NCBI GenBank assembly: GCA_965200315.1
Contig: OZ241362.1
Coordinates: 3,104,001-3,168,000, forward strand
Direction of reading: 5' to 3'
DNA: 64,000 nucleotides
From: Candidatus Latescibacterota bacterium
GTDB taxonomy: Bacteria > Latescibacterota > UBA2968 > UBA8231
In this document: positions 18,484 to 29,396 of the stretch, piece after piece
How positions within the stretch are numbered: the stretch's first letter is position 1
How the letters are laid out: every line of letters begins with the position of its first letter
Notes under the pieces: generated by a model
Told to the model about the DNA's origin: nothing
Seen by the model: the letters and a program-made list of their open reading frames with translations, nothing else
Databases searched by the model: none
Program-made: the position numbers and the translations under genes

Positions 18484-19233
18484 ATGTTTAAGCGCAGCAA
18501 CATTACCTTTATCATCGTTCCAGAAAAGGGTCGCAAGACCTTTGAGTTCAAGACCTCCAGCGTACTCGTGTGGTTGCTGGGGTTGTGCGGCGTTGCTGTA
18601 CTCGTGCTCTCGCCCTTAGGACTTAGTTCCTATCTCGACAAGTACGCGCTAGTAGCGAAAATAGCACAGCTCGAGCAGGACAATGCCCTGCTCAAAGAGC
18701 AAGTCGGTCAGATAGATCGGCTCGAAGAAATGCTGGTCCGGCTCACGCGCGGCAATGATCAGTTGCACGCGGTCTTGGGCACACCCGAGGCACTAGACGC
18801 GGCGGCGTATCCCCGCGAGGAGGATCCTTATATCTCCTCCATGCAGCGGCTGCGTTGGGGCCACGTGCAGACCGTCCCCACCTTGTGGCCATTGCGCGGG
18901 TCTGTGATCCGGCCCTTTAGCGAGGAGCATCCCGCGGTTGTTATTGCCGCGGCTGCGGGCAGCTTGGTACAGGCCAGTGCTGAGGGTCAGGTGCTGCGAG
19001 TGGGCTACGACGAGGACCTCGGCTATGTGGTAACTCTCGACCACGGCAACGGTCTGCTGACCCAATACGGATACAACGCGCGCCTGCTCGTCAATGTGGG
19101 GAACTACGTGCTCAAGGGGCAGTCTATTGCGCTGTTGGATGGGGGACGCGAATCTCGGAGGCCGGGGTTGCACTATGCCGTCCAAGAAGATGGGCAGTTC
19201 CGCGACCCCTCGCGCTACAGATTGTGGATGTAA
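18484..19233 (+). CDS. M23 (LytM) domain protein with TM helix and coiled coil, apparently degenerate active site
   Basis: PTLWPLRG, G..V...HGNG and V.KGQ.IA are present. HxxxD reads HPAVV and HxH reads GLH. Confidence 0.85.
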   Translation: MFKRSNITFIIVPEKGRKTFEFKTSSVLVWLLGLCGVAVLVLSPLGLSSYLDKYALVAKIAQLEQDNALLKEQVGQIDRLEEMLVRLTRGNDQLHAVLGTPEALDAAAYPREEDPYISSMQRLRWGHVQTVPTLWPLRGSVIRPFSEEHPAVVIAAAAGSLVQASAEGQVLRVGYDEDLGYVVTLDHGNGLLTQYGYNARLLVNVGNYVLKGQSIALLDGGRESRRPGLHYAVQEDGQFRDPSRYRLWM

Positions 19234-19270
19234 AAAAGGCTCGCTGCCAAAGAAGCAGCGAGCCTTTTTT
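19232..19270. terminator. Bidirectional rho-independent terminator
   Basis: AAAAAAGGCTCGCTGC-caaagaa-GCAGCGAGCCTTTTTT. Confidence 0.9.
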
Positions 19271-19293
19271 GTTTGCGATGCGACAGAGAGATG

Positions 19294-20982
<1,689 letters not shown>

Positions 20983-20991
20983 TTATAAAGC

Positions 20992-21018
20992 TTGGCACTC
21001 ATAAAAAGAGAGTGCTAA
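20992..21018 (-). promoter_or_regulatory. CIRCE element (HrcA operator)
   Basis: Minus strand TTAGCACTC-TCTTTTTAT-GAGTGCCAA, one mismatch to TTAGCACTC-N9-GAGTGCTAA, about 60 bp upstream of groL. Confidence 0.93.
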
Positions 21019-21147
21019 AAAACAAAGCTGAACTGTTAAATATAGAAAATTCGTCGTTTTTATGCAAGAATAACCCTTTGTCTGGGCTGTGCATTCCGAA
21101 TGTGCGCAGGGACAAGTTGCCGACTGTCGGGGTTCTACTCTGGAATG

Positions 21148-21951
21148 CTAATCAAGCAAGCTCTGAAGTTCGGGCGGCAAGCCTTGGCGCAATGAGGCGG
21201 GAAAGTTGTCGCGGTACTGGGTTCGACTCACTAGGTCTATTAGGCGGGCCGCTGAGGGGTGATAGAACGAGGTGAAATACACGTAGCGGGGCCGATCTGT
21301 CCGGTTGGGAGAACTGGCGTGGTAACACAGGGGATTGAAGACGATGAGGTCTCCATCGTTGGCGCAAATTTCAATGCCATCGTCGTCATTGGCGTCGGGG
21401 ACTGAGGAGGTGTGATTCTGGATGGGCCCCCGTCCTTCCGCTCGCTCTGCTTTATCGCTGGCTTCGAGAGACAACTTGTGAGAGCCGGGCACGATCATAA
21501 ACGCGGCTCCGCCGGTGGAAACTGTACTACAGCAATGCAGCATCTGGTAATAGACCTGTCGCGGCCTAGCTTCAAACTCTGCGCGGCAAAAGGCCGCGTC
21601 GATGTGCCATTGCGGAGCTTGGTATGGCGGTGGCGAGGGATCGCTGCGGATGAAAACTTGCTCGCGCATGCGAAGATCGCGTGCCCCAATCAATGTGGCA
21701 GCAAGTTCGAGCGTCGCCGGATTGTTCACTAAGCGGGGCATGAGCGCCCCTCGAATGGGATGCCGCAGGTCGTGTATGGCAGTACTGTGATCGCCGGACA
21801 CAATGGGACCGACGAGGCGGTCGATATGAGTGCGCACTGCGGCTGTAGTGTCGCGGTCGAGGTACTCGGGGAATACGCTGTACCCTTGGCTCTCTAGTTC
21901 CTGCAATCGGATGCTGAGACCAGTCAACTCGGGATAGACGTCGTTTCCCAT
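21148..21951 (-). CDS. PhyH-family dioxygenase (canonical H-x-D...H)
   Basis: Motifs QWHID, VPGSH and GDLIVFNPLCYHASSPN...R. Confidence 0.88.
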   Translation of the reverse strand: MGNDVYPELTGLSIRLQELESQGYSVFPEYLDRDTTAAVRTHIDRLVGPIVSGDHSTAIHDLRHPIRGALMPRLVNNPATLELAATLIGARDLRMREQVFIRSDPSPPPYQAPQWHIDAAFCRAEFEARPRQVYYQMLHCCSTVSTGGAAFMIVPGSHKLSLEASDKAERAEGRGPIQNHTSSVPDANDDDGIEICANDGDLIVFNPLCYHASSPNRTDRPRYVYFTSFYHPSAARLIDLVSRTQYRDNFPASLRQGLPPELQSLLD

Positions 21952-22330
21952 GGTCAGCTTCTCCATATCCCTTTTGAATATGTCGAATACCTCCTGTACA
22001 TTTTTACTCAATCCGTCAAGACTCGTTCGATTTGTTCAAATTCAGCTTCAACGCTTTTTCTAAGCTCATACAGCGGAAGTCCTTCTTGGCGGATTTGGCG
22101 GGTCAACTTTGAGTTTTGCGAAAGATCAATGAGGTCAACGGGCTTAGAGACACTGAAGATCAGTTCGCCGTAGAACCGAAAAAAGTCCTGTGGGGTAGGC
22201 CTGCTACGGCCAAGTCAATGTCGCGGCCTTCGCGGGTGGGGTCAATGCTAGAGTCAGAGAGGAGTAGGCGCGTGATTGGATAGTGCTCGGCGAGGCGCGT
22301 GATGGCTTCTCGGTCTTGATTCAGAATCAT
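21952..22330 (-). pseudogene. Decayed MNT (nucleotidyltransferase)-HEPN toxin-antitoxin pair
   Basis: MILNQDREAI...RDIDLAVAGLP frameshifts in a T-run into FRFYGELIFSVSKPVDLIDL...EG. HEPN-like ends (LRKSVEAEFEQIERVL; NVQEVFDIFKRDMEKL) remain with the middle missing. Confidence 0.7.
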
Positions 22331-22578
22331 TTGAGGGGTGAGTCTTTTTAGGCATTCCGCGATGGGGTACAAGGAGCGGTTCCTTTGCGAAAAAGGTACA
22401 AGGTACATTGTGAAAGGCGATTGGGGCAAGTGGTTTTACGCGGCCTCATAGGCATCTGGGCTGAGGCTCAGCACCGCCGATAGCTGCGGGTAAGTATCTC
22501 TGGACCAGCGGCGATATGGTGTGCCTGCGAGTCTAAGGTCTTTTTTAATTGTTGGGATCAGTCTAGGTATTACAGACG

Positions 22579-23256
22579 ATGAATAAAACGCACGTTTGCC
22601 GAGTCGGGCGGATCGATTTTGCTCGGGCTTGGGCTTGGCAAGAGTCGCTGCGTCAATTGCGGCGCGCCGAGCAAATTCCAGACACGTTGATGTTGGTCGA
22701 ACACCCGCCAACCTATACCGGCGGACGGGCGACGCTGCCCGAGCATCTCCTGACCCAAGGTCTGGATGTCGTCGAGATTGACCGCGGGGGCAGCGTGACA
22801 TTTCACGGGCCGGGCCAGATCGTGGCCTATCCGATTGTCGATCTGCGTCAGCGCGGTCGAGATGTACACCAGTACTTGCGCGATTTGGAGGACGTGCTGA
22901 TCCGCACGTTGGCTACCTATGGCTTGGAAGGAGAGGCGCGGTGCGGTTTGACCGGCGCTTGGGTCGGCTCGTCCAAGGTGGCGTCGATCGGCGTCAACGT
23001 GCGACACTGGATCACGACGCACGGTCTGGCCCTGAATGTGGCTACCGACTTGCGCTACTTTGCGGCGATCAAGCCCTGCGGCTTGGGCAGCGAGGAGATA
23101 ACTACGATGGCCGCGCTATTGGGGCGTGCGTTGGATCGGAGCGAGGTCGAGGCCGAACTGCTGAGTGCATACTCCAACGTATTCACCTGCGAGCTAGTTG
23201 AGGTCGAGCGCAGTGCCTTGGCGGCTTGCATTGGCCGTCTCGAGCGAAAGTCTTAG
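22579..23256 (+). CDS. lipB: Octanoyltransferase LipB
   Basis: Motifs [34 protein letters not shown] and PCGL. Confidence 0.95.
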   Translation: MNKTHVCRVGRIDFARAWAWQESLRQLRRAEQIPDTLMLVEHPPTYTGGRATLPEHLLTQGLDVVEIDRGGSVTFHGPGQIVAYPIVDLRQRGRDVHQYLRDLEDVLIRTLATYGLEGEARCGLTGAWVGSSKVASIGVNVRHWITTHGLALNVATDLRYFAAIKPCGLGSEEITTMAALLGRALDRSEVEAELLSAYSNVFTCELVEVERSALAACIGRLERKS

Positions 23257-23344
23257 ATTCAAAAGCTGCGACAGACAGGCCCCAAACACCGCAGTCGAAC
23301 CGGGCCGATTATTCCACAAAACAAAAGACGAGGAGTTTTGCACT

Positions 23345-24598
23345 ATGGCCGATTGGCAGCCCAAGGCCCCCGCAAACGGCGAAAAAATAACCGTAGTGGA
23401 TGGCGCGCTCAGCGTTCCAGACCAGCCCATCATTCCTTTCATCGAAGGCGACGGCACCGGACCGGATATCTGGGCGGCAGCCGTGCGCGTCTTTGACGCA
23501 GCCGTCGAGAAGGCGTATGGCGGTCAGCGGAAGATCGCTTGGATGGAGGTTTTGGCCGGAGAGAAGTCCTTTGAGCAGACCGCTAGCTGGTTGCCCGACC
23601 CCACAGTGGAGGCCTTCGGTACCTATCTGGTAGGCATCAAAGGCCCGCTGACGACGCCCGTTGGCGGTGGAATCCGCAGCCTCAACGTGGCTTTGCGCCA
23701 GATCCTTGACCTCTATGTGTGTTTGCGTCCCGTGCGCTACTTCAGCGGTGTGCCCTCGCCGGTGCGGCAACCCGAACTGGTGGATATGGTCATCTTCCGC
23801 GAAAACACCGAGGACATCTACGCCGGGATCGAGTTCGAGCAAGGCACGGACGACAACGTGCGCTTTAAGGACCTGCTCGCAGAGCACTTTGCCGACCGCT
23901 ACAGCAAAATTCGCTTTCCAGATACCGCTGGCTTGGGAGTCAAGCCGGTCTCACAAGAGGGCACCGAGCGGCTGGTTCGCGCCGCCATTGACTACGCAGC
24001 CGCCCACGGCCGCGATAGCGTGACCTTGGTCCACAAAGGCAACATCATGAAGTTCACCGAAGGGGCCTTCCGCGACTGGGGCTACGAGGTGGCGCAAAAG
24101 GCTTATGGCGGCGAAGAAATCGACGGCGGCCCTTGGACTAGCATCGTCGTTGACGGCACCGAGATTACCGTCAAGGACGCGATCGCCGATGCCTTTTTAC
24201 AGCAGATCCTCACGCGCCCGGCCGAGTACTCGGTCATCGCCACGATGAACCTCAACGGCGATTACATCAGCGACGCACTGGCCGCTTGCGTCGGCGGCAT
24301 CGGCATCGCGCCAGGCGGCAACATCAACTACACCACGGGCCACGCTATCTTTGAGGCCACCCACGGCACCGCGCCCAAATACGCCGGCCAAGACAAGGTC
24401 AACCCTGGTTCGGTGATCCTGTCGGGCGACATGATGCTCCGCCACTTGGGCTGGAACGAGGCCGCCGCCCTGATCGTCAAGGGGCTGGAGCAGACGATCG
24501 CGAGCCGGGTCGTCACCTACGACTTTGCGCGGCTGATGGACGAGCCGACCGAGGTCAAGTGCTCGGAGTTCGGCACGGCAATTATCGAGAATATGTAG
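23345..24598 (+). CDS. icd: NADP-dependent isocitrate dehydrogenase
   Basis: Motifs [37 protein letters not shown] and [10 protein letters not shown]. Confidence 0.98.
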   Translation: MADWQPKAPANGEKITVVDGALSVPDQPIIPFIEGDGTGPDIWAAAVRVFDAAVEKAYGGQRKIAWMEVLAGEKSFEQTASWLPDPTVEAFGTYLVGIKGPLTTPVGGGIRSLNVALRQILDLYVCLRPVRYFSGVPSPVRQPELVDMVIFRENTEDIYAGIEFEQGTDDNVRFKDLLAEHFADRYSKIRFPDTAGLGVKPVSQEGTERLVRAAIDYAAAHGRDSVTLVHKGNIMKFTEGAFRDWGYEVAQKAYGGEEIDGGPWTSIVVDGTEITVKDAIADAFLQQILTRPAEYSVIATMNLNGDYISDALAACVGGIGIAPGGNINYTTGHAIFEATHGTAPKYAGQDKVNPGSVILSGDMMLRHLGWNEAAALIVKGLEQTIASRVVTYDFARLMDEPTEVKCSEFGTAIIENM

Positions 24599-25077
24599 TG
24601 GCCGCCGAGCTGACTCACCTCGACGAGCAGGGCTGCCTAAAGATGGTCGATATAGGCGGCAAGGAGCCGACGGCGCGGCTGGCGCGGGTGTGCGGCGAGA
24701 TCCGCATGGCTCGTGCGACGGCGCAGCTAATCGCCGAGAATAAAGTCGCCAAGGGCAACGTTTTGGAAGCGGCGCGGCTGGCCGGGATCATGGCCGCCAA
24801 GCGCACGGGCGAGTTAATCCCCTTGTGCCACCCGCTCAACCTCACGGCGGTCAGCATAGATTTGCACGTCGGCGAAGATCGGGTCGAAGCCGAGGCCGAG
24901 GCCAAAATTGACGACCGCACGGGTGTGGAGATGGAGGCCTTAGTGGCGGCGAGCACGGCGCTTTTGACGATCTACGACATGTGCAAGAGCGTCGATCGCG
25001 GGATGGTGATTTCCGAGTTGCGGCTAATGGAGAAGCAGGGAGGGCGGAGTGGGACGTGGGTGCGGGAAGAGGGATAA
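24598..25077 (+). CDS. moaC: Cyclic pyranopterin monophosphate synthase MoaC
   Basis: Motifs LTHLD...MVD, LIPLCHP, TGVEMEAL, YDMCK and KQGGRSG. GTG overlaps the icd TAG. Confidence 0.96.
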   Translation: MAAELTHLDEQGCLKMVDIGGKEPTARLARVCGEIRMARATAQLIAENKVAKGNVLEAARLAGIMAAKRTGELIPLCHPLNLTAVSIDLHVGEDRVEAEAEAKIDDRTGVEMEALVAASTALLTIYDMCKSVDRGMVISELRLMEKQGGRSGTWVREEG

Positions 25078-25108
25078 GACGGGCGCAATCACCGCGACAT
25101 TGCTCGAC

Positions 25109-26232
25109 TTAATAAGCCACGTGGACTGGAAAGAGCGTCTCTTCGGTTCCCGGTCCGCTGCGATCTTAATCCGGCACAGGTAGATGCCCGGCGGCACCAA
25201 TTGCCCGTGCTCGTCGCGGCCATCCCAAGCGAAATTCCACTGACCGGCCCGCCCTAAGTTGCTTCCGGTGCGTCCGCGCAACGCCCCCGCCAAATCGTAG
25301 AAGGCGATGTCCAGCCGCCGATCTGCCAACATCCGCAACAGCACGAAACGGCCCTCGAGCAAGTCGTTGGCCCCGTCGCCGTTAGGGGTAAAAACGCGGG
25401 CTACCTGCACGTCGTTTATCAACCGGCGGCCGGCTGCTTGCAACGAGACGTGCGCCGTGCCACTGGCGACTAGCTCAGTGGCATCCTGCGCTTCCGCATC
25501 GACGCGCTGGAAAAAGCCCGTAGGATCCGTCGAAGAGCGGGCAAAGGCCGGGAAGAGGACCCCCTCGCGGAAGATCCGGTTGACGCCGCCGCCCGCCCCG
25601 GACTTGAAATAGTCGCCCGAGATGGGATCGGCCCGCTCGACACGTGGGCCAAATTCGCTGGGGATTTCCAAAAAGGGGTTGACCTACTTGCCGTCCGGCC
25701 CTACGCCGCCGAATTCCCCTTGCAGGTAGCGCTCGTTGAGCAGGATGGCTAGGTTGCGGCGCTCGTTGAGTTCGATAGGTCGCAGCCAAGTCGAGACCCC
25801 GCCGGTGTCGCGGAGCCGCCGCCCGTCCTCGTCGATGAGTCCATCGCCGTCGTCAGTGCCATTGTATGGGGCTTCGTTGGTGCGGCCGTCGTAATCGTCG
25901 TCCCCGTCGGTCATCAGCCCGTCTTCATTGAGCTTCCCGTCGCCGTCTGAGTCAAACTGTGGATCAGGCCCGTCCTCGTCGATGCGCCCGTCCAAGTCGC
26001 TGTCGAATGCCTCTATGGGGTCTTCGTCGATGAGTCCGTCGCCGTCGTCATCGGTCAGAATCTCGACGGCCCAGCCGCGTCCCCAAGTCAGGCGGCCAGA
26101 GACTGGGACGAGGTTCCAAGGATGGTCTTGGTCGCCCACTCGCCAACTCTTGATCTCAGCCGGGGTTTGGAAGGGAAAAAGCAGCAGCAGGAAGAGGACG
26201 AGCTTTGGACGCCACTCGCCGAGTGCTAGCAT
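25109..26232 (-). pseudogene. Decayed FlgD-Ig-tail secreted protein with Asp-rich DxDGDGxxDED Ca-binding-like repeats
   Basis: Signal peptide and repeats; in-frame TAG at 25684-25686; FTPNGDG / WDGRD / PPGIY domain; a frameshift near 25150 hides the family-type HVAY* end at 25109. Confidence 0.75.
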
Positions 26233-26314
26233 AGCTAAGCCCGCTAGGAAAATGCGATAGTAAGCACCGTCTATGACAAAACCCGATGCAAGACAAAGGC
26301 TTGTCCTAATTATA

Positions 26315-26357
26315 AACGGACGGTACGCACTCTGGCAATTAGTGCGTACCGTCCGTT
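26315..26357. terminator. Perfect 17-bp hairpin downstream of argF
   Basis: AACGGACGGTACGCACT-N9-AGTGCGTACCGTCCGTT. Confidence 0.6.
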
Positions 26358-26398
26358 GTACAAATGCCAATGTCAGAGGGAATGAGTGCTAGCATATC

Positions 26399-27316
26399 TC
26401 AGGCTAAGGCATTCGCCAACTTGAGCAACACGGCCTTCTGGCTGTGGAGGCGGTTTTCGGCTTGGGTGAAGATCAGCGAACGCTCGTCGTGCAAGAGCGC
26501 CCCTTCGATCTCATAGCCGTGATGGGCGGGAAGGCAGTGCAGGATTTTCAGGTCTAGATCGGCGAGCAATCCGCGGTTGAGCTGATAGGGCTGAAAGGTC
26601 TGGACCCGACGTTCCTTTTCGCGGGCGAACTTGGGATCAGTGAAAAACTCCATGTCGATCCAAGTGTCGGTGTACACGGCGTCAGACTTTGCCAGCGCCG
26701 GATGCAGGTCCTCCGTATGTTCGTAGAGCCCCAAGCGCTTGGCTTTGGCGTAGAGTTCGTCATCGCGTGCGGCAGCGTTGATTTCGGGACAGACGCAAGT
26801 GATGTGCAGGCCCACTTTGACGCCAGCGGCAATGAGCGAGTTGGCGACGTTGTTGAGCACCCCGACGTATGTCAGCCGCACCCCTTTGAGCCGCCCAAAA
26901 GCCTCCTGTAGGGTCATCAAGTCGGTCAATGCCTGTAAGGGATGGTAGCGGTTGCAGCAGCCGTTTATCAGCGGCACTTGCGAGGCGGCAGCAGCGCGGT
27001 TCACATCGGCGTGTTCGAGCAGGCGGGCGACGATGAAGTCGGAGTAGCCGGAGAGTACTCGGAATTCGTCGCCTAAGTCGGCTAGGCCGAAGTTAGTGTC
27101 CTGCCAGTTCAAGTAGAGGGCATGGCCGCCTAGCTGGGCGGTGCCGATCTCACCGGCGCAACGGGTTCGGGTCGAAGTCTTCTGGAAAAGCAGAACCACC
27201 GTGCGCCCAGAAAGAGCGTCGGCGTAGTGCTGCGGGGCGGTCTTGACGGCGAGGCCGAGATCGACAGCTTGCTGCACGTCGGCTGGAGACCAGTCCTTTA
27301 AGGTAATTAAATGCAA
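26399..27316 (-). CDS. argF: Ornithine carbamoyltransferase
   Basis: Motifs STRTR, HPLQ, HCLP and QAENR. Probable TTG start at 27316 after AGGAAGG (track start is 27337). Confidence 0.9.
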   Translation of the reverse strand: MHLITLKDWSPADVQQAVDLGLAVKTAPQHYADALSGRTVVLLFQKTSTRTRCAGEIGTAQLGGHALYLNWQDTNFGLADLGDEFRVLSGYSDFIVARLLEHADVNRAAAASQVPLINGCCNRYHPLQALTDLMTLQEAFGRLKGVRLTYVGVLNNVANSLIAAGVKVGLHITCVCPEINAAARDDELYAKAKRLGLYEHTEDLHPALAKSDAVYTDTWIDMEFFTDPKFAREKERRVQTFQPYQLNRGLLADLDLKILHCLPAHHGYEIEGALLHDERSLIFTQAENRLHSQKAVLLKLANALA

Positions 27317-27392
27317 TGGAACGCCTTCCTTTTTCATTTTTTGGCGAAATAAAGCAATATAATAAATAAAAATTTATAATCAAGAATAATTA

Positions 27393-28343
27393 TTATTTCA
27401 AATAGCGGCCAATTTCGACCAATACGTTCTCAATAATATCTTCAGGCACACCCGTTAGCTCCAGTCCGGCGGCGCGGGCGTGGCCGCCGCCGCCAAAAGA
27501 GCTAGCGACTTGGCTGACATCGACCTTGTCGCGGGAGCGCAGGCTGACTCGGTAGCATCCGGGAGCGCGTTCCTTGAGCAGCACGGCCACTTCGACGCCT
27601 CGTATCATCATACCGTAGTTGACTGCTTCGTCCGGCTCGCCCGTGCTCATGGCCTCACAGTCGAGATGGAGCACCGCCACTCGGCCCCCGAGGCGCAACA
27701 CCAAGCTCTCAATGGCTCGGCCGCGCTGTTTGACCGAGCCGAGGCTCTTGTTGCCGAAAACGCCCTCGGCGATGGCATCAAGACGCGCACCGCGTCTCAC
27801 TAGATCGGCTGCCACTTCAAAGGTGGTGGCCGTCGTCAGCGAGAAGCGAAAGCCGCCAGTATCGAAGAGCATCCCCGCATAGAGCTGGGCGGCCGCGACG
27901 GCATTGACCTCATAGCCTAGGCCGATGGCGAGATGGTAGAGGAGTTCGCAGGTAGAGCTGATCTCCTCCACGATATTCACTGCGCCGAAGCACTCGTTGC
28001 CTCGGTGGTGGTCGATGTTGAGGAGGGGGATTTCGGGGCTGAGACACGGCCGCACCGGGCCGATGCGGTCGAGAGCGGGACAGTCGGCGATAATGGCGCA
28101 GCGATAGCGGGTCAAGTCGAGGTCGGCGAAGTGGCGCACGTCGTCCCAGCCGGCGAGAAAGGAGCATTGGCCGGCCGGTGGCTCGGGCAGGCCGATGTCA
28201 GCGCGTTTGCCGAGGCCCCTCAGCAGGTGGGCCCAAGCCATGCAGGCCCCTAACCCGTCGGCGTCGCTATTGACGTGGGTCGTCAGCAGGAAGTCGTCTG
28301 CTGCCTCGATGAATGTGCGCGTTGCTGTTAGCTGCAGGTCCAA
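27393..28343 (-). CDS. nrnA: DHH/DHHA1 oligoribonuclease / pAp phosphatase NrnA
   Basis: Motifs HVNSDADG, IDHH, DTGGF, SLRS and GGGGH. Confidence 0.92.
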   Translation of the reverse strand: MDLQLTATRTFIEAADDFLLTTHVNSDADGLGACMAWAHLLRGLGKRADIGLPEPPAGQCSFLAGWDDVRHFADLDLTRYRCAIIADCPALDRIGPVRPCLSPEIPLLNIDHHRGNECFGAVNIVEEISSTCELLYHLAIGLGYEVNAVAAAQLYAGMLFDTGGFRFSLTTATTFEVAADLVRRGARLDAIAEGVFGNKSLGSVKQRGRAIESLVLRLGGRVAVLHLDCEAMSTGEPDEAVNYGMMIRGVEVAVLLKERAPGCYRVSLRSRDKVDVSQVASSFGGGGHARAAGLELTGVPEDIIENVLVEIGRYLK

Positions 28344-28345
28344 AG

Positions 28346-29104
28346 TTATTTCTCCGCTGGCGGTGCGCGGAGGACGAAGTGAACGCGGTCCGATTCCTCA
28401 GTCTCCGCGTCAAATGTGAAACCGTCGAAGAGCGCGAGCAACTCCCAGGTACTCGCCTCGACGCGGGCGGCGATGGCGGCGACCGGATAGATGCGCTGGA
28501 CATGGGTTTCCTCCAACGCGACATCGCTTCCGTCGCGGCGGATGCGGAAGTGATTGCTCTGTAGGCGCCGGTCTGTATCGTAGGTGCTGTGCCGCTCGTA
28601 GGAAAAACCCGACCCGCGCTCGCTGTGGCGCATGTTGCGGAAATAGCGCAGCGAATTGCGCTCGGTGCAGATGTCAAAGACGAAAAGCCCACCCGGCTGC
28701 ACAATGCCCTGTGCGCCGCGCAGGGCCGCGTCGATGTCGGCTGGTGAGAGCAGATAGTTGATGCTGTCGTACAGGCAAGTGGCCGCGTCAAAAGGCCCTA
28801 GGCCCGCTAGCTGGCGCAGGTCTTGCTGGACGAATTCGACGCCGGTGCCAGCGGCCTTCTCGCGTGCGACCTGTAGCATGGCCTCGGAGCGGTCTACGCC
28901 CGTTACCTCATAGCCGAGGTGGTGGAGCGCAAAAGACACATTGCCGGTGCCGCAGGCCAAGTCCACGACGCGGGTGACGGCGGGAGCAAAGCGGGCGAAA
29001 AGCGCATGGATGTAAGCGGCCCATTCGCCGTAATCGACGTGGGCCATTACATAGTCGTAAATGGGGGCTAGCCCTTGATAGGGCGATTGCGCGGTGCTAC
29101 CCAC
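28346..29104 (-). CDS. Class I SAM-dependent methyltransferase
   Basis: Motifs DLACGTG, GVDRSEAML and DSINY. Confidence 0.9.
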   Translation of the reverse strand: MGSTAQSPYQGLAPIYDYVMAHVDYGEWAAYIHALFARFAPAVTRVVDLACGTGNVSFALHHLGYEVTGVDRSEAMLQVAREKAAGTGVEFVQQDLRQLAGLGPFDAATCLYDSINYLLSPADIDAALRGAQGIVQPGGLFVFDICTERNSLRYFRNMRHSERGSGFSYERHSTYDTDRRLQSNHFRIRRDGSDVALEETHVQRIYPVAAIAARVEASTWELLALFDGFTFDAETEESDRVHFVLRAPPAEK

Positions 29105-29114
29105 AGCTCACATC

Positions 29115-29396
29115 CTAAAAGCTCAAGTCTTCGTACGGGTCGCGATATTCCTCGCGGAGAATCCGATAAAAGCGGCGGCGGTCCCGACGGGCGGGTGGGC
29201 GCTCCGGGATGCCGAGTACCTTGATGTCGAGCAGGCGAGTGGGGGTCGCAATGTGTATCTGCTCGCCCACGACCACGGTGTGTGAAGCTTTGGCCTGCTG
29301 GCCGCCGATCTGGACTCGCCCGGCGTCGCAGGCCCGCTTGGCTTCACTGCGCTGCTTGATCAGCCCCGTGTTCTTCAGAAAGATATCCAGTCGCAT
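29115..29396 (-). CDS. S4-domain RNA-binding protein (YabO/RqcP-Hsp15-like)
   Basis: MRLDIFLK...KQRSEAKRACDAGRV. Confidence 0.9.
   Translation of the reverse strand: MRLDIFLKNTGLIKQRSEAKRACDAGRVQIGGQQAKASHTVVVGEQIHIATPTRLLDIKVLGIPERPPARRDRRRFYRILREEYRDPYEDLSF

Noticed and set aside
22436-22570. Short minus-strand reading frame ending ...DAYEAA*
   Set aside because: No start codon outside lipB and no recognisable family.
25684-25686. TAG reassignment or pyrrolysine readthrough
   Set aside because: lipB, icd and fmt end at TAG in the expected places, and the gene also has a frameshift, so a nonsense mutation is the simpler explanation.
26380-26395. Second CIRCE (GAGTGCTAG half-site)
   Set aside because: No matching left half-site at 9-bp spacing and no heat-shock gene downstream.
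27340-27392. ARG boxes
   Set aside because: AT-rich, but no convincing match to the TGAATAAWWATNCA consensus by eye.
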